From: Christensenellaceae bacterium
GTDB taxonomy: Bacteria > Bacillota > Clostridia > Christensenellales > SZUA-584
Assembly (NCBI GenBank): GCA_963665005.2
Contig: CAXXTQ010000002.1
Location: forward strand, 12,964-76,963
Direction: 5' to 3'
DNA: 64,000 nucleotides
Below the pieces are notes generated by a model, which was not told where the DNA came from, ran no database searches, and saw nothing but the letters and a program-made list of their open reading frames with translations. Position 1 is the stretch's first letter. Every line of letters begins with the position of its first letter. Shown here in pieces: positions 46,125 through 55,740 of this stretch. A program made the translations under genes and the position numbers.

Positions 46125-47180
46125 TTATCTTATATCGACCAAATTTGAAGAGTCTATTCTTGCTTCTTCAAAAGTAGCCATGTTCTTTATCATAACTAGG
46201 CTTACGCCGAGTATATTAAACATCAAAGGGCAGCCGCTTCCTTCGCCGAGCCGCATCTGCAAATCCAGAGGAGCTTTTAGCCCGAGTTCATCCATGGCAA
46301 CACCAAAACCCGGTTCAGTGCTTACATGCGAAGCGAACATATATTGTGTAACCGCAGGATTGAACCTGCTTGCCGCAAGCGCCGCTGCCGCCGATATAAA
46401 GCCGTCTACAACAACCGCCATCTGTTTATAAGCCGCGCCGAGGAAAAACCCCGTCATAGCCGCTATATCAAACCCTCCGACTTTGGAAAGCACGTCTAGT
46501 ACATTGTCTTTCTCCGGGCTGTTTACCTCTATCGCCTGCTCGACTACCGCTATCTTTTTTTTAAGCTGCTCGTCCGACACTCCCGCGCCTTTGCCGACAA
46601 CGAGCTCTGCGGGAGTCTGTGTTAATACCGTAACGACTGCCGAAGAAGATGTTGTATTGCATATACCCATTTCACCGCAGCCTACCAAACGGTATCCTTT
46701 TGCCCAAAGCTCTTCAGCGGCGTCTATACCGTACGCTATAGCCTGAACCGCCTGCTGTATATCCATAGCCGCGCCTTTTGCGATATTGCGCGTTCCGTCT
46801 CCAACGCGCCGGCTTTGTACTCCCTTAACCGTTTCAAACCCCTTTATACCCATATCATAAATAAAAACATCTGCATCGCAATGCGCCGCGATTGCATTGA
46901 CGCCCGTTATGCCTTTTGCCATGTTTTTCACCTGCATTGCAGTTACGCTCTGCGGAACGGGAGAGATATCCTCTTCCCAAACTCCGTTGTCCGCAGCAAA
47001 AACCGCGACCGCCTTTTTTGGGTCGGGAATGTTTGTCTTTCCGAATATTCCGGCCAACTTAACAGCGTATTCTTCAAGAAGCCCAAGGCTGCCTATAGGT
47101 TTTACAAGACTGTCTGCCCGCTCTCTCGCTTTTGCCATCGCGGCGGCAGACGGCTGCTTAATATTAATTATTCTTTTCAC
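46125..47180 (-). CDS. cobT: Nicotinate-nucleotide--dimethylbenzimidazole phosphoribosyltransferase
   Basis: GEMGICNTT motif, 351 aa, CobT-like throughout. Confidence 0.85.
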   Translation of the reverse strand: MKRIINIKQPSAAAMAKARERADSLVKPIGSLGLLEEYAVKLAGIFGKTNIPDPKKAVAVFAADNGVWEEDISPVPQSVTAMQVKNMAKGITGVNAIAAHCDADVFIYDMGIKGFETVKGVQSRRVGDGTRNIAKGAAMDIQQAVQAIAYGIDAAEELWAKGYRLVGCGEMGICNTTSSSAVVTVLTQTPAELVVGKGAGVSDEQLKKKIAVVEQAIEVNSPEKDNVLDVLSKVGGFDIAAMTGFFLGAAYKQMAVVVDGFISAAAALAASRFNPAVTQYMFASHVSTEPGFGVAMDELGLKAPLDLQMRLGEGSGCPLMFNILGVSLVMIKNMATFEEARIDSSNLVDIR

Positions 47181-47381
47181 AAAGCAACTCCTTAAAGCTT
47201 TTTTACAATTTTACATCAGAACATTCCCTTTTACAATGAAAGGTTGCATTATACAGATACTTTTTGCTTAAAATCATGAATTGTTACATTTTTCACTTTA
47301 AAAAAAATTATTATATGCTATAATCTTTGTTGACGTAAATTTTTTGACTTATAAGAAATTATATTTAAGGAGAAATACAAA

Positions 47382-48212
47382 TTGTATAGAATTCTCGAAA
47401 AAAGAGTCTTGAACGAACAAGTTAAGCTAATGGTTATAGACGCTCCCCTGATAGCTAAAAAAGCGCAGGCAGGCCAGTTTATAATCTTAAGGGTAAACGA
47501 TAAAGGAGAACGCATTCCTTTAACTATCGCCGATTATAACAGAGATAAAGGGACTATTACAATTATCTTTCAGGAAGTCGGCAAAACGACCATGCTTCTT
47601 GGGACATTGAACGAGGGCGACAGCCTTGCCGATTTTGTAGGGCCTTTGGGCAAAGCTTCGCATTTTGACAGCAGCGTAAAAAAAGCGGCCGTCATCGGCG
47701 GCGGGCTCGGAACGGCCATAGCATACCCGCAGGCAAAAAAGCTTCATTCTCTGGGTGTTGATGTAACAAGCATAGTTGGTTTTCGCAATAAAGACCTTAT
47801 TTTACTCGAAGGCGAGCTTAGCGCTGTTTCGAATAAACATATCATTATCACCGACGACGGAAGCAACGGCAATAAAGGGTTTGTAACGGATGCTCTTAAA
47901 AAAGAAATTGACTCTGGCGAAAAATTCGATTTGGTTATAGCCATCGGCCCGCTTATTATGATGAAGTTTGTTGCAAAGCTTACAAAAGAGTACGGAATAA
48001 AAACGATTATCAGCATGAACCCTGTTATGATAGACGGCACAGGCATGTGCGGCGGATGCAGAGTTACTGTCGGCGGCGAGACGAAATTCGCCTGCGTTGA
48101 CGGCCCCGATTTTGACGGGCATGAAGTTGACTTCGACGAAGCAATGAGGCGTCAGAATATGTATAAAAAACAAGAAAAAGAATCCTGCAATTTATTCAAG
48201 GGGGTTAATTAA
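47382..48212 (+). CDS. nfnA: NfnA-like FAD/NAD-binding and [2Fe-2S] subunit (sulfide/dihydroorotate dehydrogenase-like)
   Basis: TTG start after AAGGAG. C-terminal CGGCRV...FACVDGP cluster motif. 276 aa. Confidence 0.8.
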   Translation: MYRILEKRVLNEQVKLMVIDAPLIAKKAQAGQFIILRVNDKGERIPLTIADYNRDKGTITIIFQEVGKTTMLLGTLNEGDSLADFVGPLGKASHFDSSVKKAAVIGGGLGTAIAYPQAKKLHSLGVDVTSIVGFRNKDLILLEGELSAVSNKHIIITDDGSNGNKGFVTDALKKEIDSGEKFDLVIAIGPLIMMKFVAKLTKEYGIKTIISMNPVMIDGTGMCGGCRVTVGGETKFACVDGPDFDGHEVDFDEAMRRQNMYKKQEKESCNLFKGVN

Positions 48213-49606
48213 TGGCAAAGCGCAATATGGACTTGAAAAAAACAGCAATGCCCGAGCAAGACGCAAAGAAAAGAGCGGGCAATTTTGGAGAAGTGTCATT
48301 GGGATATACAGAGGAAATGGCAATAAACGAAGCAAACCGCTGCCTCCAGTGCAAAAATCAGCCTTGCGTATCGGGATGCCCCGTATTTGTACAGATACCC
48401 CAGTTTATAAAGCTTATAGCGCAGGGAAAACACGTGGACGCTTACAATAAAATCCGCGAAACGAACGGCCTTCCTGCAATATGCGGAAGAGTCTGCCCCC
48501 AGGAAGAACAATGTGAAAAGCTCTGTGTAAGAGGCATAAAAGGTGAACCTGTCGGCATAGGCAGGCTTGAGCGGTTCTGTTCCGATTTCGCTATCGATAA
48601 GGGCGTAGAAGCGGTAACGTGCGCGCCGCCCATAGGCAAAAAAGCAGCCGTCATAGGCTCGGGCCCTGCCGGATTAACTTGCGCTGCAGATTTAGCAAAA
48701 GCGGGCGTGGACGTAACTATATTCGAGGCTTTTCATGTTTCGGGAGGAGTTTTAGTTTACGGCATACCCGAATTCAGGCTTCCTAAAGCGCTTGTACAAA
48801 AAGAGATAGATGCCCTCTCTGCAATGGGCGTTAAGATAGAGAACAACATGGTTATAGGCAGGATACTGACCATAGATGATTTAAAACAAATGGGCTTTGA
48901 TACCATGTTTATAGGAACGGGAGCAGGCCTTCCTTCTTTCATGAAAATACCGGGCGAAAATCTTAACGGAGTTTATTCGGCTAACGAGTTTTTGACACGT
49001 ATCAACCTCATGAAGGGCTACAAATTCCCCGAGCACGATACGCCCGTGGTACTGCATAAAAAGGTTGCTGTCATAGGCGGCGGAAACGTTGCCATGGACT
49101 CGGCAAGGTGCGCAAAGCGCCTCGGCGCAGAAGAGGTACATATAGTATACCGCAGAAGCGAAGTGGAAATGCCGGCTAGAAACGAAGAGATAGAGCACGC
49201 CAAAGAAGAAGGCATTATGCTTTCTCTGCTCGTCAACCCAACTGCAATTCTCGGCACGGAAGACGGCTATGTAAAAGGCATGACTCTTCAGAAAATGGAA
49301 CTTGGCGAACCGGATAGTTCGGGAAGGCGCAGGCCTGTGCCGATAGAAGGTTCGGAGTACGATATAGAATTAGATGCTGTTGTGGTAGCAATCGGCCAAA
49401 GCCCGAATCCGCTTTTGCGTGAAGTTACGCCCGGCCTTAAAACGCAGACCTGGGGCGGAATCATTATCGACGAAGAAACGGGGCAGACTTCTATAGAAGG
49501 CGTTTATGCCGGCGGCGACGCGGTTTCTGGTGCGGCTACCGTTATTCTTGCAATGGGCGCAGGAAAAAAGGCTGCAAAATCTATGCTCGAATATATGCAA
49601 AAATAA
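48212..49606 (+). CDS. nfnB: NfnB-like glutamate synthase small-chain homologue
   Basis: Two N-terminal 4Fe-4S motifs (CLQCKNQPCVSGCP, CGRVCP) and dinucleotide folds GSGPAGL and GGGNVAMD. Confidence 0.85.
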   Translation: MAKRNMDLKKTAMPEQDAKKRAGNFGEVSLGYTEEMAINEANRCLQCKNQPCVSGCPVFVQIPQFIKLIAQGKHVDAYNKIRETNGLPAICGRVCPQEEQCEKLCVRGIKGEPVGIGRLERFCSDFAIDKGVEAVTCAPPIGKKAAVIGSGPAGLTCAADLAKAGVDVTIFEAFHVSGGVLVYGIPEFRLPKALVQKEIDALSAMGVKIENNMVIGRILTIDDLKQMGFDTMFIGTGAGLPSFMKIPGENLNGVYSANEFLTRINLMKGYKFPEHDTPVVLHKKVAVIGGGNVAMDSARCAKRLGAEEVHIVYRRSEVEMPARNEEIEHAKEEGIMLSLLVNPTAILGTEDGYVKGMTLQKMELGEPDSSGRRRPVPIEGSEYDIELDAVVVAIGQSPNPLLREVTPGLKTQTWGGIIIDEETGQTSIEGVYAGGDAVSGAATVILAMGAGKKAAKSMLEYMQK

Positions 49607-49620
49607 TAAGAACAAATACC

Positions 49621-49655
49621 AAAGAGGATACTTATGGTGTATCCTCTTTTTTGTT
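49621..49655 (+). terminator. Rho-independent terminator after nfnB (hairpin shared with the convergent gene)
   Basis: 11-bp stem aaagaggatac/gtatcctcttt with a 7-nt loop and a T-run. Confidence 0.75.
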
Positions 49656-50006
49656 TGGCGATTTTATAAGAATATATATATAGGCTGATAACGCCGCAAC
49701 ATTTAAAGCCAGTATTAAATAATCCCATAAGCCGGCTTGGTCGGTAACGCAGAAAATAAGATTAACTCCCAGAAATAAAAACGTTGCTATTTTGAACAAA
49801 AGATATTTCTTTTGGGAGATAAGCATTAAAACAATATACGCGATACCATCCGCCGCCATAAGCAAAGCAAGAATATATTTGCAAGATTCTTGTATGCTAA
49901 TAAGCTGTATTATGCCGAATATTATCCAAAACAAACCTTGCGCAGCCATGCTTACATAAAAACAAATTTTAGCTGTTTTAAGCATTAGATACCTCCATAA
50001 AACCAT
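49632..50006 (-). CDS. Small polytopic membrane protein, unknown function
   Basis: 124 aa, four hydrophobic segments. Overlaps the dgkA 3-prime end by 22 nt. Confidence 0.5.
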   Translation of the reverse strand: MVLWRYLMLKTAKICFYVSMAAQGLFWIIFGIIQLISIQESCKYILALLMAADGIAYIVLMLISQKKYLLFKIATFLFLGVNLIFCVTDQAGLWDYLILALNVAALSAYIYILIKSPNKKEDTP

Positions 50007-50347
50007 TCCAGTATGTGCGGCACAAATATAATAATTCCTATTGCCGCAGAGAAAATCGAAAACACCAGCGTAGCGCCGGCGGCGATATCCTTTGCTTTTT
50101 TGGCTAAAACTTTATACTGATTTGTTTGTAGGTCTACTGCGCTTTCTATAGCGGTATTAACCATTTCAAGGCTTATAACAACACCGCAGCATATAAGAAT
50201 TACCGCCCATTCTATGCCCGAAAGCCTGACGATAAATCCAAGAGCCGCTGCCAGTATAAAGCAGACAATAATAATGCGGAAATTGTTCTCTGTTAAAAAG
50301 ACAAGCTTGATTCCGTTTACCGCATTTTTTAATGATTTTAAAACCAT
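49985..50347 (-). CDS. dgkA: Diacylglycerol/undecaprenol kinase
   Basis: 120 aa, three TM, EMVNTAIESAVD motif. Confidence 0.85.
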   Translation of the reverse strand: MVLKSLKNAVNGIKLVFLTENNFRIIIVCFILAAALGFIVRLSGIEWAVILICCGVVISLEMVNTAIESAVDLQTNQYKVLAKKAKDIAAGATLVFSIFSAAIGIIIFVPHILEWFYGGI

Positions 50348-50508
50348 TTAACCATTACCCCGCTATATAATAAGTATTAAACTGTATTGTGCTCATACAA
50401 AAAACATTATATACAAATACGCAGCGATGTCAAGTATACTTTACACCGCATACTACAAAAAAAGGGCTTGCACAATTATGTGTAAACCCTCATTTTTTAA
50501 GCGGAGTT

Positions 50509-52338
50509 TTATTCTATCTCTATAAAATATATCTTTTGTTTTCTTGTCCCTACCACAATCATGTTGTCATATATAGCAGGTGTAGATTCAAAGTTGATAC
50601 CTTCGCCCATATTCAGCTTATCCACTTCACTGCCCGTAGCACCGTCGATAAGCGCGATATCGCCCGCCTTGTCGCACTGCACGATATAACCCTTGCCATC
50701 TTCTGTGTACACGGGTACAGGAGAAGACGGAGACCATCCGGCAATATCCATATCATACTCCCAAACCTGCACACCTGTTAGTTTATCAAGCGCGACAAGC
50801 CTGCTTGTCGTAGAATCTCCTTTAACCTCTTGCGTTATATTGAATATTATCAGCCCTTCCATGCTCGTACCGTCTTTTCCAAGCACAGGAGAAGCAAGTA
50901 TTCCGCCGTCAACACTGCCAGACCTAACGGTATATTTCTCCTCCCAGATAATCTCTCCGGTCATACCGTCAAGTTTACGGGCATATGCCGTGTCCGAGCT
51001 TCCATTCTTTCTTACATCCTCGTCATATTCACATCCTGTATACAGATAGAACGTATTGTTCGCTATATCTTCTTCAAGCACCATGGATACATCGCTGTCG
51101 TCCGTAAGGTCGTTTGCGTAAACCAGCTCTAACGTATTAAGGTTAACGCATTGCAGCATACCGATGTTGTCGGTAAAAATTAGATAATCTCTCCATGCCA
51201 CGGCAGAGTCTTCCATGCCCCATCTTCCGCCGTCGTCCGCAGCCACATTTCTCGGAGTGGTGTATCTATATTTTTGTTTTACAGGATCCGGGTCCATAGT
51301 GACTGTTCCGGCGTCGGGGTCATAATTCGTGTTTAGTTTGCATGTATATAAAACGCCGTTTTCTCCAAGAACGATAAGCGTATCCGTTTCTGCGTCTATA
51401 AGCGCGCTCGAATCATACGCCTGCCAGTTCCTCAGAGCAAAAGGATCGCCCGAGGTTGCACCGAACTTCATCAAAAGCGTTCCGTCTATAAGGTTAAAAG
51501 CCCTGAAATACATGTCGTTGCTTTTATTGCCGTCTCCATCCGGGCTTATGCCCTGTCCCACGTAAACGATAGGGTATCCTCTCGGGTCAAGGCTCGCTGT
51601 GCCTTTTGTCGGCGCTCCTATGTTTATAAAATCTCTCGTTTTTTCACCCGTTTCGAGTTCCATAAAATACATGTTCCCATCGAGAGTAGCGTATATTACT
51701 TCAGTAAAATTTTCTTTCGTTCTAAACTCATCGTAAAGCATTGTCATGTTTTCTCTTGTCTCTGCCGGCCATTTTACTATAAGCGGCTGCCCCGTCCATC
51801 CCGTACCAGTCCAGGTACCTATCGCGCCTATATCTTTTGCATTTACCTCTGTCAGTTCTTCTTTTGTGATATCAGCCGTTCCGTAGCTTGCCGCGTCTCT
51901 GTAGTTGTTGCCTCGGAATGTAATAACGCCTTCAAGCTGTGTATACTCTTCTCCCGTCGCGAATGATATTATCTCGTCTCGGGAGAAAGAAGAAACTTCT
52001 GTTCCGTTGTCCATAATATTCGTCTCAAAATCAAAATTTGAAGGCTGTGTTTCATCCGTCGCGTGAGGAACAAGGTCTATAGCGAGCGACGGCTCGGGAG
52101 TCGGCGTTGCGGGAGCCTGCGTCTCGTCCGTAGGCAAATTAACAGCATCTTCGTCAGGGGCTGTCATTGCTAATGATGAACTTGGTGATTCGCCGCTGCC
52201 CGGTTTTTCAGATGTCGCTTTAACAATAAAGAATATTCCAACCGCAAGCGCAACGATAAGCAAGCCTATGATTACATAAAATCTTGTCCTTGCCTTTCTT
52301 CGTATTCTGCGCCTTCTGGCGTATTGTCTTTTTTTCAT
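50509..52338 (-). CDS. Membrane-anchored PQQ-like beta-propeller repeat protein
   Basis: Arg-rich N-terminus plus one TM, a Pro/Thr-rich linker, then repeated beta-propeller-like blades (for example LVALDKLTGVQVWEY, ALIDGATGSEV). Confidence 0.7.
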   Translation of the reverse strand: MKKRQYARRRRIRRKARTRFYVIIGLLIVALAVGIFFIVKATSEKPGSGESPSSSLAMTAPDEDAVNLPTDETQAPATPTPEPSLAIDLVPHATDETQPSNFDFETNIMDNGTEVSSFSRDEIISFATGEEYTQLEGVITFRGNNYRDAASYGTADITKEELTEVNAKDIGAIGTWTGTGWTGQPLIVKWPAETRENMTMLYDEFRTKENFTEVIYATLDGNMYFMELETGEKTRDFINIGAPTKGTASLDPRGYPIVYVGQGISPDGDGNKSNDMYFRAFNLIDGTLLMKFGATSGDPFALRNWQAYDSSALIDAETDTLIVLGENGVLYTCKLNTNYDPDAGTVTMDPDPVKQKYRYTTPRNVAADDGGRWGMEDSAVAWRDYLIFTDNIGMLQCVNLNTLELVYANDLTDDSDVSMVLEEDIANNTFYLYTGCEYDEDVRKNGSSDTAYARKLDGMTGEIIWEEKYTVRSGSVDGGILASPVLGKDGTSMEGLIIFNITQEVKGDSTTSRLVALDKLTGVQVWEYDMDIAGWSPSSPVPVYTEDGKGYIVQCDKAGDIALIDGATGSEVDKLNMGEGINFESTPAIYDNMIVVGTRKQKIYFIEIE

Positions 52339-52437
52339 GTTATACCTTCCTAAATCTTTTTCTCCTTTGCATTTTCCGTTTAATTATACTATATAACGAC
52401 AAAGTATTACAGTCTTAATGTTTATGCATGAAAACGC

Positions 52438-53301
52438 TTATTTTTCCCTGCAAAAAACGCTGCTGTAACGCGGCTTTCCAAACTCTCTCATAAACCTTTC
52501 GCATTTGCAGAGCAGCATATAATATATATTAAGGCCGCATCCTTCCATCGTTTCATAATTGCCCATGCCCTTAGATATTAGAATATCCGCGTCATAAAAA
52601 AGCTCTTTGGCCTCTTGCGATATTTCATCGATTATTGTTCCGGGAATCGCCATGCCGTTATCGACAACGGGCACAATGTCAGAAAGCCCTACTTCTTTTG
52701 CATCAGCAATAGTCACATCGTTCAGTACGGGAAATCCGCGCACAATAGAAGTTATTTTAAGCTTTGGGTAAAGCTCTTTTATAAAAGCGATACATATCTT
52801 ATCGAATACTATCTCTCCGCTGTTGTCATGCACGAACAGCAGAGTTTCCGCTTTTTTTAAATCTTCTTTCAATTCATCGTAAGCTTCCCCGAGGTCTATA
52901 TCCACAGCAGCCTCAATAAGCTCATGAAGCTTTTCTTTGCTCACTCCCGATGAATTGCCAAAATCGATATAATTGCCCGTCATGGCATATTGCAATGCTC
53001 TGTAAAGCTTGTCGGGCGCATTGGTAATATGCGCTATTATATCATCCTCCATATCTAGTATAGCCTTGTTATAGATATATTTTTCTTTCTCGTATAAGTC
53101 TTTGCTGCCCGCCTCTTTGGCGACAAGTGACATCAATTCGGCAACAATCGGCGGAGCGGAAGACTCGGCGTCAGACTCCGCAATAGTTTTGCAAACACCT
53201 CTCATAAACGCCATTCTTTTATCCGCGTCTTTTTGAAAATTTCCGTAGTTGCGGTCCATTTGGTTAAATATGCAGTAGATACATTCTGTTGTCATTTTCA
53301 T
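52438..53301 (-). CDS. DUF89 (ARMT1-like damage-control phosphatase) family protein
   Basis: N-terminal CIYC, HDNSGEIVFD, and KGMGNYE near the C-terminus, typical of DUF89. Confidence 0.7.
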   Translation of the reverse strand: MKMTTECIYCIFNQMDRNYGNFQKDADKRMAFMRGVCKTIAESDAESSAPPIVAELMSLVAKEAGSKDLYEKEKYIYNKAILDMEDDIIAHITNAPDKLYRALQYAMTGNYIDFGNSSGVSKEKLHELIEAAVDIDLGEAYDELKEDLKKAETLLFVHDNSGEIVFDKICIAFIKELYPKLKITSIVRGFPVLNDVTIADAKEVGLSDIVPVVDNGMAIPGTIIDEISQEAKELFYDADILISKGMGNYETMEGCGLNIYYMLLCKCERFMREFGKPRYSSVFCREK

Positions 53302-53332
53302 ATAATTTATTTAGCTCCTGTCAAATAATTTT

Positions 53333-54664
53333 TCATTCTTGTTCCGCCTGCGCATAAAAAGCTTCGCCCGTGGTATACGGCTCGAATTCCTGCAAATACG
53401 CCTGCGCATCCGAATACTCATAGTAATGTTTCGGATAATACTCTTTTAACTGCGATTGGTCGGGCAAAAACAATTCATAGCTGCCTATACTCTCTAAACA
53501 ATTCTGCGTGCCGCAGCTTTTCATATCTGCCAATATTTTTGCAATGGCATCGGCTTTTTGCTGTGTTTCGACAGAAAACACGCGCGACATAGAAAAAACT
53601 ATAGGCGGTATATCTTTGCCCTGCCCTTCAAGATACTGTATTGCGTATTCAAGCGCTACCATACCCGTCTGGCAGGTACATTCTACCGTCTGTGCAAAAT
53701 CATTATAATACACACTAGTAAGCCCCTCCCTGGTCGCGCCTATAGACCAGATATTGCCGATAAGCTCGTCTCTGCCGTAATCGAGTATCGCCTGAAGGCA
53801 CTGCACGGCTGTATCATCGCATACGGCAGCGACAGCGTCAAGCTCGCCATAACGAAACGCTTTTAATAAATTGACCGCCGCTTTATAGCTTACCTCTTTA
53901 TCATAATCGCCCGCAACACTGCATACTACGTTTAATTCGTCGTAATTATCAAACACACGGCGCAGCCCCATAGATCTAAGCCTCGACGCGGAATCTGTAA
54001 CCTCGCCTGTTATCTCGCCTATATTTCCTTTTGGATAGCCGTATTTATCGGTCATAGCTTTTACTATAGAAATACCGTTTAAAACGCCCAGCAAATATTC
54101 GTCGCGTTCTATAGAGCATATATATCCGCCCTGCCCGGGAGTTTTAGCTATCGTTTTATTCATCGTTATATAAGGAACGGAGTTTTTTTCGCATAAATCT
54201 CCGAGCTCTTCCATACCGCTCTCATTCGGAGAAATTATAAGTAAATCGATTTTAGCGTTTATCATTTCTTTTGCCGTTTCTATTTGAAGAGCAGTATCGC
54301 CGCCCGTTGCTTGTTCGAGTATGTCGACGTCAAATTTCTCTTCATATCCGCCGCTTATCGCATGAAACTCTTTCCACCAATTTTCTTCCTGCTCCGATTT
54401 ATTTATAATAACGCCTATCTTATACTCTCCTGTAGGCAATGTTCCTATTTCGGAAAGCCCGGGCATAAAAAACTGCGGTATCCCAGTGTTTGTCACAGGC
54501 AGTATAACTGTAGGCTGCGGAGTAGGCTGCTCTTCGGGCAGAGAATCCGCTGTTTGTGTTTCGGCAGGCGTGACCTGCTGCGCTTCGCTGGTATAACTAC
54601 ATGATGAACTAAAAAATAAACTTGCCAATAATGCCAGTATTAAAAATGCTGATCTTGTTCTCAT
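53333..54664 (-). CDS. Orphan PBP1-type sugar-binding-like lipoprotein
   Basis: Signal peptide plus lipobox (FSSSC), a Pro/Gln-rich linker, then a binding-protein-like core (KIGVIIN, DLLIISP). Start set to ATG 54664 (GGAGG 5 nt upstream). No transporter genes adjacent. Confidence 0.65.
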   Translation of the reverse strand: MRTRSAFLILALLASLFFSSSCSYTSEAQQVTPAETQTADSLPEEQPTPQPTVILPVTNTGIPQFFMPGLSEIGTLPTGEYKIGVIINKSEQEENWWKEFHAISGGYEEKFDVDILEQATGGDTALQIETAKEMINAKIDLLIISPNESGMEELGDLCEKNSVPYITMNKTIAKTPGQGGYICSIERDEYLLGVLNGISIVKAMTDKYGYPKGNIGEITGEVTDSASRLRSMGLRRVFDNYDELNVVCSVAGDYDKEVSYKAAVNLLKAFRYGELDAVAAVCDDTAVQCLQAILDYGRDELIGNIWSIGATREGLTSVYYNDFAQTVECTCQTGMVALEYAIQYLEGQGKDIPPIVFSMSRVFSVETQQKADAIAKILADMKSCGTQNCLESIGSYELFLPDQSQLKEYYPKHYYEYSDAQAYLQEFEPYTTGEAFYAQAEQE

Positions 54665-54689
54665 ATATTCCTCCAAATATGATATATCT

Positions 54690-55643
54690 TCAAATGCCTG
54701 CTCTCCTGAATATTTTTGCTGTATAAAAACGGCTGTCTTTATAGACGATGTCCGATTTCTCTAAAATAAATTCTTTGCCCAGCGCCTGCTCAAGCCGGGG
54801 CAGCCCGGGCGTATAGATAAAACAGCCTCCCGTTTTCAAAGCGTTTAATATCATATCATATTTACGTTGGTATTTTTCAAGCTGTGAAGAACCTTTTTGC
54901 ATAAGATACCACAACTGGTTAGAAAATGCCATGTGCGAGACTATAGTGCCGTAAGTTTTTATGCCGAAATCAAAGTCCAGATAGTCGCCCGAAAATAAAA
55001 ATTCATTTTGCTCGGCATCCCTGTCTATACCGTACGCCTCTATACCGTTTTGTCTTAAATATTTAACGAGCCCCGCATCTTTCCCGCATCCTATATCCAT
55101 CACAGGGCCGATTATTTTCTCCGTTTCTAGATCTAGCAGCTTCATCTGGCGCTGCGGGCTGTACTGCGAGCATACTTTAGGTATTATCTGCGGCGCTTTA
55201 GTATATTCTTGCAGCATACTCTGGCCGTTATATTCACTCAGAAAAAGCCTCAGCCTGTCGTAATGCGCACTGAAAAGTTCATCTATATCATTTTTGCTTA
55301 CCGCCTTTTTTTCGCACAGCTTTCTTATATCGCAGACAAATCTTTTGTATACTTCGCCCGCTTTTTTTAGGCTGTCTTTATCTCCGGCAAGATATTGGTT
55401 AGCCCTAAAAAAAACATCCATAACATACTTTGACAATATTTCTATAAAAAAATCGAACCGTCCCTTATCTTCTATTTCCTGTATAAACCGCAATACATCC
55501 TGCCTTGCGTTTAATAAAAGAAAATAGTTTTTATCCGAACAGCTCACGCCCTGCTCACTGCCAAAGTTGTAGAACAGGCTTTTTGTACCGTTTTTTTCTA
55601 TCTGGCTTTGAATGCTCTGTGTTATCTCTTCCCAACCTGCCAT
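54690..55643 (-). CDS. Class I SAM-dependent methyltransferase with an unknown N-terminal helical domain
   Basis: Motif I VMDIGCGKD and AYGIDR in the C-terminal half. The roughly 170-aa N-terminal region is not recognisable. Confidence 0.6.
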   Translation of the reverse strand: MAGWEEITQSIQSQIEKNGTKSLFYNFGSEQGVSCSDKNYFLLLNARQDVLRFIQEIEDKGRFDFFIEILSKYVMDVFFRANQYLAGDKDSLKKAGEVYKRFVCDIRKLCEKKAVSKNDIDELFSAHYDRLRLFLSEYNGQSMLQEYTKAPQIIPKVCSQYSPQRQMKLLDLETEKIIGPVMDIGCGKDAGLVKYLRQNGIEAYGIDRDAEQNEFLFSGDYLDFDFGIKTYGTIVSHMAFSNQLWYLMQKGSSQLEKYQRKYDMILNALKTGGCFIYTPGLPRLEQALGKEFILEKSDIVYKDSRFYTAKIFRRAGI

Positions 55644-55740
55644 TTATTAAAAAAGCCTTTCCGCCGATTAGTTTTCCATGATATATTAACGGCACTATGA
55701 TATAATATCTTACGGGAAAAAACAACTTTTAGGGGGAAAT

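Noticed and set aside
47181-47381. Looked for a cobalamin riboswitch upstream of cobT.
   Set aside because: The 200-nt divergent intergenic region is extremely AT-rich. It has no B12-box-like GCCACTG core and no GC-rich helices.
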